A stretch of DNA of 42,801 nucleotides from Octopus sinensis (lineage: Eukaryota): assembly GCF_006345805.1 (NCBI RefSeq), contig NW_021835134.1:1-42801 (forward strand), in the 5' to 3' direction. Under the pieces are notes generated by a model, which worked only from the letters and a program-made list of their open reading frames with translations, was not told the DNA's origin and ran no database searches. Shown piece after piece: positions 34,761 through 42,801 of the stretch; position 1 is the first letter of the stretch; each line of letters starts with the position of its first letter. A program made the position numbers and the translations under genes.

Positions 34761-35325
34761 ATGTATGTAATGCATTTGTGTTTTTGTATGTCTTTTGCCG
34801 ATATTCATCAGTGAAAAAATGAAACCGTTGGTACTCACTTGTTTGTCTCATCGTTCAAACTGCAATGCACCAATGACTGACTCTCTGGGAGCTCATAACC
34901 AACCACGCTACTGTACCCCATTTGCCATATACAATAATAAATATAAACATGAGCAACTTTATTGAAAAAAACTGGATTTCACATTAAAGCATATTTGATT
35001 GATGATATAGTATCACATTTTAATTTTCTTAAATGTTTTAAACTCATTAAAAAGTCAGTTTACACGTATATATTTACTATTATAATATGCATAAATTACA
35101 TTTCATTATAAATGTAATTACATTTTTCTGTATAATTAATTAATATTCGTCCCACTTAATTAAATGCTACTTTGGTTTCTCCGCCCAAACGAAAGCATGT
35201 AATTTGAGGAAGATTTAGCTGTTACATCTAGATGTAGCCATTACAGTTTTATCATTCTCAATCTGCTGATATGCGGCTGTGCTCCGTTAAAAATGCCTTG
35301 GGGCTCTCAGTAGATACAGACCAAT

Positions 35326-35575
35326 CGTGGTACTCCGTCGGTTACGATGACGAGGGTTCCAGTTGATCCTGTCAACGGAACAGCCTGCTCGTGAAATTAA
35401 CGTGCAAGTGGTTGAGCACTCCACAGACACGTGTACTCTTAGCGTAGTTCTCGATGAGATTCAGCGTGACACAGAGTGTGACAAGGCTGGCCCTTTGAAA
35501 TACAGGTAGAACAGAAAAAGGAAGAAAGAGTGAGAGAAAGTACATCAGGGTTCACTACCACCTTTCTATCGAAGC
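35326..35575 (-). mobile_element. SINE family C 3' part
   Basis: ACTCCGTCGGTTACGATGACGAGGGTTCCAGTTG...GCCTGCTCGTGAAATTAACG shared with 17156-17250. Confidence 0.85.
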
Positions 35576-35603
35576 CTAGTGGAGCTTTAGGATCGAAATC
35601 GCG

Positions 35604-35702
<99 letters not shown>

Positions 35703-35768
35703 AATCTATCTACATATCTGTGTATTTGTATGTGTATGTATGACGGTATTTGTGTGTTGCGTACTATA

Positions 35769-36044
35769 TGTATTTTCCCGAAGCTGGAATCTGAATTTTA
35801 AAAAGAACACTGCCTACCAATTGGTATCAAGCAAAACCGTTATTAACCATTCTAGCTTCTTATTAAAGCAGATCCAGTCTATTAAGATTGGTCATTTCAG
35901 TGATTAGTTTCGACAGTGGTAATTCTTGATGCAACTAATTTTTTTGGCAGTAAGAAAGGATAATTGTTAAATTCTCTTGTAGAATATTCTGCAACCTCGT
36001 TAATAAGGTTCCATTATCAGTTTTGTAGATTGGATGGCATTACA
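35769..36044. mobile_element. Interspersed repeat, probable solo LTR (copy 2, truncated)
   Basis: Near-identical to about 14492-14764. Confidence 0.55.
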
Positions 36045-37174
36045 ACATCCATCCATCCACCCGTCCGTCCGTCCGTCCGTCCGTCTGTCTGTCTGTCTGT
36101 CTGTGTCTGTCTGTCTGTCTGTCTATCTGTCTATCAACAATGGAGTTAGTATATTCCTTTTACCATGATGTTTACAATTGTTTCGTCAATTTCCATTATA
36201 ACCAACCTTGCGTCATGTTACTACCATGTCAGCGATTGTTGATTTATTCCCATGGACCGTGCAAATTTTCTTTTACAGCGCATGGCGGAATTTACTCATC
36301 AGAATTCCGCAAAAAGCAATATGCTGATTGGTTTTGCAACGTGACCGATAAATAAACTCAGCTTTCTGAAGTAGGCGATTTCTAATAATCATATTCATTC
36401 AATAGAAATACAGAAAGAATGAGTGTAAAATGGATGACGGAAGAGTCGAAAAGATTTGAAAACATAATTAGCGAGAATTTAGCTCGACGATTCGGTTTAT
36501 CAGCACAAGATTTTATCTCGCTGTGCCTCCTTCTATAAATAAAGTGGCTAGATGGCTGACTTTAGCAATCAAATATCCTAAGGCCGTCGCAGATGTTACT
36601 TGTTGCTCGACCAGTAAATTTGTTGTTTGAACATCAAATTTTTGTATTGAATCTGACAACCAAAATAAATCCGTTCAACAAAAGAATTAATTACATCATT
36701 TACGCACGCATATATTTTTACACAAGCACACATATATTGTAATAATTAATTTATATACACTCAGATCCCACTGCTATTTTACTTAAACTCCCACACATAA
36801 TTATACATACATGTTCACATACAATGTTTTTAACCAATCCAAATATATATATATATATATATAAACAGTTCTGTGCGCTCTACGCATAAATACTTAAATA
36901 CCTGTGTATTAACCCGTTCATTTGCACACAGGTAAATTTCAATATGTTGATGTGTTTCTCCTTCAATTCTTCTGCATATCTCTAAGTATATCTGCAAGTA
37001 TATGCGAATCTGTTTGCGTAGTTTGAACACAGGCAAAATGGAAGATTCTATTGCGATCGTTCGATCAGATAAAACCTCTTCAAATCACACCGTAAAATCT
37101 GAGAAAAAGAAATACACGCGAGATAATGTTGTCCGATATTCGCTGTGGCTGTTATTGTTGTCGTTGACGAGGAG

Positions 37175-37324
37175 GGTCTTGTTGTTGTTGTGATGATGAT
37201 GGTGGTAGTGGTTGTGGGGTAGTGGTGTTGATGGCTGTGTAGATGATGATAATTGCTGTGATGGTGATGATGATGGTGATAATGAAGGTGATGATAATGA
37301 TGGTGGCAATGGTGGAGATGGTAG

Positions 37325-37355
<31 letters not shown>

Positions 37356-37389
37356 AATGATGATGATGTTGATGATGATGACGAGGACA

Positions 37390-37452
<63 letters not shown>
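37175..37452. repeat. (GAT)n-rich microsatellite
   Basis: Directly visible; poly-Asp/Met ORFs are artefacts. Confidence 0.95.
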
Positions 37453-38085
37453 GTTATTGTATTGTTAACATTTCCAAGGTGGACATCAACCGAACACAAT
37501 AAAAGAGGAAATATTTGATCAGTCTGTTAAAAGGATCAAACCCCAAGCGGGTGGAGGTGTGTGTGTGAGTGTGTGCGTGCGTATGTGTGTGCATGTCTGT
37601 GTGATGTGTGTGTGTGTATGTGTGTGTATGTCTATGGTGTGTGTGTGTGTCTGTGGCGTATGTGTGTGTGTTCAGTAAAATCTCATTTAATATTTCTCCA
37701 TCTGTAATTAACAACTACAAGATCAACAACAGCAACAACAACAACAACAACAACAGCAACAACGAGAAGAAGAACAACAGAACAGTGCAAAGGCATTTAA
37801 AACTACTAATAACAAAAATATAGCAAACTCAATTTTCAGATTAAAATTTAAATTTAAGAATATAAAATGGAATTTTACTTTATATTTGTGAAACAACTAT
37901 TTGATGTTTTCGCTGTTGTTGCTGTTGTTGTTGTTGTTGTTGGTGGTGGTGTTGGTGGTGGTGGTGCTGTCATTGTTAATGTTGTTTTCCTCGTTAAGTT
38001 TACAAGATTTAATTAATATTACCTGTTTGTTTCCGGTCAAAACACAAGTTTAACGCTTCTGGCATTGTTAACAACAACAACAGCA

Positions 38086-38134
<49 letters not shown>

Positions 38135-38135
<1 letters not shown>

Positions 38136-38877
38136 CAATCCTTTCTATTGAAGGTACAAGGTCTGAAATTTGTGGGGAGGGGGACTAGTCAATTACATCG
38201 ACCCCAGTGTTTCACTGGTACCTAATTTATCGAACTCCGAAGGATTAAAGGCAAAGTCGACCTAAGCAGCGTTTCATCCAGTGCGCTAACGATTCTTTTC
38301 TGCTCTAAGCACAAGACTCGAAATTTTGGGGGACAAAGCCAGTTAATCAGGTTTACCCCAGTACACAACTGGTACTAAATTTATCGGCCCCGGAAGGATG
38401 AAAAGCAAAGTCGACCTCGGTGGAATTTGAACTCGGAACGAAAAGACTGACTAAATACATATTTCTTTACCACTCAGAAGGGGCTAAACACTGAGAGGAC
38501 AAACAAGGACAGACAAACGGATTAAGTCGATTAGATCGACCCCAGTGCGTAACTGGTGCTTATTTAATCGATCCCGAAAGGATGAAAGGCAAAGTCGACC
38601 TCGGCGGAATTTGAACTCAGAACGTAGCGGCAGACGAAATACCTATTTCTTTACTACCTACAAGGGGCTAAACACAGAGAGGACAAACAAAGGCAAACAA
38701 ACGGATTAAGTCGATTATATCGACCCCAGTGCGTAACTGTTACTTATTTAATCGACCCTGAAAGGATGAAAGGCAAAGTCGACCTCGGCGGGATTTGAAC
38801 TCAGAACGTCGCGGCAGACGAAATACCGCTATGCATTTTGCCCGGAGTGCTAACGATTCTGCCAGCTCGCCGCCTTA
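38135..38877 (-). mobile_element. SINE family B multimer array
   Basis: One tRNA head (38823-38877) followed by head-less body repeats of about 184 bp (38640-38822, 38456-38639) and more diverged units toward 38135. Confidence 0.9.
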
Positions 38878-38894
38878 ATAATAATAATAATTAC

Positions 38895-40380
38895 AGTAAT
38901 GAATGGAATTTGGGATTAAAAAGTGTGACATGCTTATCATAAAAAGGCAAAATAATATCATCTGGTGGTGTAGAACTACGCCACGGGAGAGAATCAAGGA
39001 TGTTGAGATGAATGACTATAAGTATCTGGTTATTTTGGAGAATGATAAAATTAAGGAGAGCAAGATAAAGGAAAGCTTTGGGCAAGGATACTGCAAAAGA
39101 ACCAAATTAATTATGGAGAGTAGATTCAATGGAAAAAACAAGACCAGGGCAATGAATACATGGAATGTTTCCTTAATGCAATGCGACATAAGTGTTGTTA
39201 GGTGGAGAAAGAACGAACTCGAGGAAATGGATTGAAAAACCAGGAAAATGATGACAATGATGAAGGAACTGCGCCCCAAAAGCGATATCGATAGACTGTA
39301 TGTGACCAAGAGACAAGCGAGGAAGTGACCTCAAAGGATGCAAGATCTGTGTTAACGAGGTAAATGGTCTGAGATGGTACGTCAAATAGCAGAGTGAACT
39401 CTTGCTTGCCACTGTTAGAAACAGCAACACGATACATGCTGAAAATGTGACACAGCTAAAAGGAAACAAAATGAAGAAAGAATCGACAACTGGAAAATGA
39501 AAACAATTCATGGGCAATATCTCAGAGAAATTGAAGGGGAAAATTGGACCAACACCTGGAGGTGGCCAAGGAAAAGTAATTTGAAGGAAGGCAATGAGGC
39601 ATTGATTGCATCGCCTTGGAGTAAGCTCAGACCTGATTACACCAAGTTCCAAACAAAAAGGAGTAATGAATCGCCCGCTTGTAGAATGTGTGGCATCAAA
39701 AATGAAACAATTTCACATATTGTGAATGAGTGTATCAAACTGATGCATAAACACTATAAAAGGAGGTACGATAACGTGGCTAAGTTCGTTCACTAGAGAC
39801 TGTGGGAAAGGTACGGTCTTGGATGAAGCCGTACCACAAGTCGGTGGACAAGTGGGATGGTGTCAATGAAAATAAGGAATGTAAGATCTTGTAGGATTTT
39901 ACAATCCAATGTGACGTCCTAATCGATGCTCGGAGAACAGATATTGTTGTAGATAATAAAAAGGAAAAAAAGAAACTAAGTTCATAGATATTGCCATTGC
40001 TGGGGACACACGCGTAGGGGACAAAGAGCTGGAAAAGGTGGAGAAATACAAGCTACTAAAAGACAAAATTTCAGGAATGGGGGCAATGAGGAGAGTAACT
40101 GTTATCTCAGTAGTTGTAAGGGTACTTGGGAGCAATAACAACCAAGTTCGAGAAATATGTCAAAGAAATCGGAATTTAAATAATAACAGAGCAGGCCCCT
40201 AAAACTGCTTTTTTGGGAGAAGGTAGGATTTTGGTGTTGAGAGTCCTCCTCGAAACGTAACAGCAGTGGACCAAGTCTTATAATTCGTGGAAAGAGACCC
40301 TGTGAAACCTTTGACAATAGGATGCTGTCCGCTCTCACAGAATTAACCAGAATAAGACCGAGATCTCAGAGAAGTAAAAA
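38895..40380 (+). mobile_element. R4/Dong-like non-LTR retrotransposon 3' 1.5 kb (RT end, CCHC, REL)
   Basis: MEFGIKKC, YKYL.ILE, FNGKNKTRAMNTW, PKSDIDRLYV, HGQYLR, CRMCGIKNETISHIVNEC...YKRRYDN, DARRTDIVV, FIDIAIAGD; TAA repeats at both ends; many stops. Confidence 0.9.
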
Positions 40381-40389
40381 TAATAATAA

Positions 40390-40545
40390 TTTATTTTACC
40401 ATAAGCAAAAAAGGCCTGAAATTTTGTTGGAGGGGGTTTGTCGATTACATCGAACCCCTCTACTTAACTGGTGCTTATTTTATCTACTGCAAAAGGATGA
40501 GAGGTGCGATTAACCTGGGCGGGATTTGAACTCAGAACGTAAAGA
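40390..40545 (-). mobile_element. SINE family B fragment
   Basis: GTCGATTACATCGAACCC...AACTGGTGCTTATTTTATC...GGGATTTGAACTCAGAACGTAAAG. Confidence 0.75.
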
Positions 40546-40854
40546 GTTGACAGTGTTTAAGTTTTCCCGATACAGAGAAGCAGTCATATAAGATGATTCG
40601 GGACACTCTACACACAAACCCTGTTTACAGTGACATACCAAAAGCTTTCTCCTGGTCTTTATTGCTAGTCTTCAGTTACTTATTGTGAGCGCATTCAGGT
40701 TCGCCAGTTTTGTCAATTATCAGTTGCAGCCAAGAGATTATATAGAGAGGGATATATTCCTCTCTTGCTTTACCAGAAAGTTCACTTGTATTCATCGGCA
40801 TCAGAGTGTACTGAGTTATAGGAGCAACGCTTTGTTGGAATCATTGCACTTGGC

Positions 40855-41087
40855 AATGGCTAGCTGGCAGAAACTAGGCAAAATGCTTAGCACGCTGGGC
40901 AAAATGCTTAGCGGTATTTCGTCTGTCTTTACGTTCTGAGTTCAAATTCCGCCGAGGTCAACTTTGCTTTTCATCCTTTCGGTGACGATAAATTAAGTAC
41001 CAGTTGCATACTGGGGTAGATTTAATCGACTGGCCCCTCCCCACCACCAAAACATTTCGGGCCTTGTGCCTAGAGTAGAAAAGAATG
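40855..41087 (+). mobile_element. SINE family B copy with a short duplication in the head
   Basis: AGCTGGCAGAAA, GGCAAAATGCTTAGC twice, GAGTTCAAATTCCGCCGAGGTC...GGGCCTTGTGCCTAGAGTAGAAAAGAAT. Confidence 0.88.
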
Positions 41088-41239
41088 TACATTTTTATGC
41101 CAGGCCAAAAATGTGTACAGATTTTTGAAAAAAATCTTTTAGCCCGAAGAAGCCTTTTTATTCGAATGACAAATCCTAACTTGATTGAACTTAGCTTAGA
41201 TTTTAGGACAGAAACACAAGCATTGGCTTTTATTTTATA

Positions 41240-41612
41240 CTAGCAGTATCGCCCGGCGTTGCACAGGTTTGTAAGGGAAATAACTATAAAGCATTTTTAG
41301 AGAGTTATAGCCAAAAAATAGCAAAAAAATGGAAAAAAAATGATGGTAAATTTTTTTTGAGAGTTAAAAAAGGTCGAGTTGCGTCCCCTAGACAGTCTGT
41401 GGTTTGTGTTTCTGATTCTCGACCCCATGTCGAATTTATCGATTTTTTTCAGAACTGGGGGAACTTTTCAAAATTTTCGCTGCGTTAGTTTTGAATTATG
41501 ACATTGGGCTATGTGTGTGTCAAGTTTCATCAGAATCGGTTGAAAGCAGTGGTCAGGGTGAGGGTACAACCAAACAGACACACAGACAAACTGCCGTTTA
41601 TATATAGAGAGA
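41240..41612 (-). mobile_element. Complete non-autonomous Helitron (373 bp)
   Basis: Minus strand A|TCTCTCTATATATAAAC... to hairpin CCTGTGCAACGCCGGG and ...CTGCTAG|T; insertion between A and T with no TSD. Confidence 0.88.
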
Positions 41613-42628
41613 TTACAGTGAAGCTTTAAAGCTGGTGCTGCTTTCTCTTTGCTTGAAACTAAAGTTGTAGCAGACCCACACTTTCAGAAATGTCTGCTTC
41701 CATCAACATTATATATTTGTTCTGGTTAGCAGTTTTCTTTAGCAGTCATTTACTTCATTTCTTTTGGCTGGCTTTGGTAATTTTAATATTGTGAAAAGTC
41801 AGGTTCCTCTTAAGTCTTTTAAACCAGTCTTTACTAACCAGAAATGTTCTTATACTAGAAACCGCGCCTTTCTGTTTCAGTTAACCGCTCTCCAGACCTT
41901 TAGCATTTACTTGGACGGTCATCGTCCTTAGCGGTATATTTCATCCAAACTGAACGTTGATCCATACACGCAGGAGCCGTCCCCTATCAAACATCATATT
42001 AGATCTATGAAAGGAAAATCAAAAGGAAAACAATATTCGAGCAGACAACGGAATAGCTGTTTCAGCCCATGAGCTAATTTTGTTTATTTTCGTCACCTAG
42101 AATTCCCACTGGAAACTTTGTAAGTTTAATGATTGTGCAATATATAGATAAATATTTTCTCTCATATTAATCCTTTGTAAAACATCATGTTTAACGTCCA
42201 ACGTAATCTGTTTATGACTAATTTTCGTACTTCCACTTGGTGACCTCTTTCTGTCCTAAGTTGAATAAGAGAAATGCACTCTATTGTAGGTCTTTTGTAG
42301 TTCAACACAAGAGCAACAGTAAGAGATAACAAGCTAAGCACTTCGGACGCGAGAATGGAAATGAGAACAGGAAAGGAGTGGAAGCGGAAATACATTATCC
42401 AATGCATCCTCTCCTCTTATAAGTATGAGTTATAATGGAGAACATCTGCTATTTCTAGCACTTCGTGTATCTACATCCATTGTTGATTGAATTTTCATGA
42501 TATAGAAATAAAATTCAAATGTGAATATAGGATGTGTTTAATAGACACACGGACTCACTGATAAGATTCTCCAATAGATGAGTCTCAAATATATTTTTCT
42601 TAGATTGGGTTAAACAACTGATTAGAGC

Positions 42629-42656
42629 TTTCTTTCTTTCCTTCTTTCTCTCTCCC

Positions 42657-42721
<65 letters not shown>

Positions 42722-42800
42722 TTGCTTTCTTTCTTTTCTTTCTTCTTTCTTCTTTCTTTCTTTCTTTCTTTCTTCTTTCTTTCTTTCTCTCTCTCTCTCT
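42629..42800. repeat. (TTTC)n polypyrimidine microsatellite
   Basis: Directly visible. Confidence 0.95.
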
Positions 42801-42801
42801 A

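Noticed and set aside
38456-38822. Repeat array superficially like CRISPR
   Set aside because: Units are about 184-bp SINE bodies with no unique spacers; eukaryotic context and no cas genes.
42162-42407. 81-aa ORF with a hydrophobic N-terminus
   Set aside because: No recognisable homology; length is compatible with chance.

Overview
AT-rich, repeat-dense eukaryotic DNA, either intergenic or intronic, with no host protein-coding exon that I can support. The repeat content (very dense di-/tri-/tetranucleotide microsatellites, three tRNA-derived SINE families, R4/Dong-like and CR1/L2-like LINE remnants) looks like an Octopus/coleoid cephalopod genome; this is an inference. Almost all ORFs in the supplied track are microsatellite artefacts, and the protein-like ones are dead transposon genes: a Helitron Pif1-type helicase (about 3.5-5.7 kb), a full-length IR/DR Tc1 element (19171-20739), a Gypsy LTR-PBS-gag-protease remnant (25.9-27.4 kb), a DD37D/maT transposase tail, and several LINE pieces. 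The least expected signals are: (i) several minimal type-I hammerhead-ribozyme motifs, including one in the tail of a tRNA-headed SINE-like unit (13251-13735) and a tandem pair whose cleavage sites lie 283 nt apart (16537-16911); (ii) dense TGACA/TGTCA (TALE/Meis-type) clusters in unique islands between microsatellites; and (iii) long fold-back structures (an 89-bp near-perfect hairpin and a pre-miRNA-like hairpin). All calls were made by eye, and boundaries of degraded elements are approximate.
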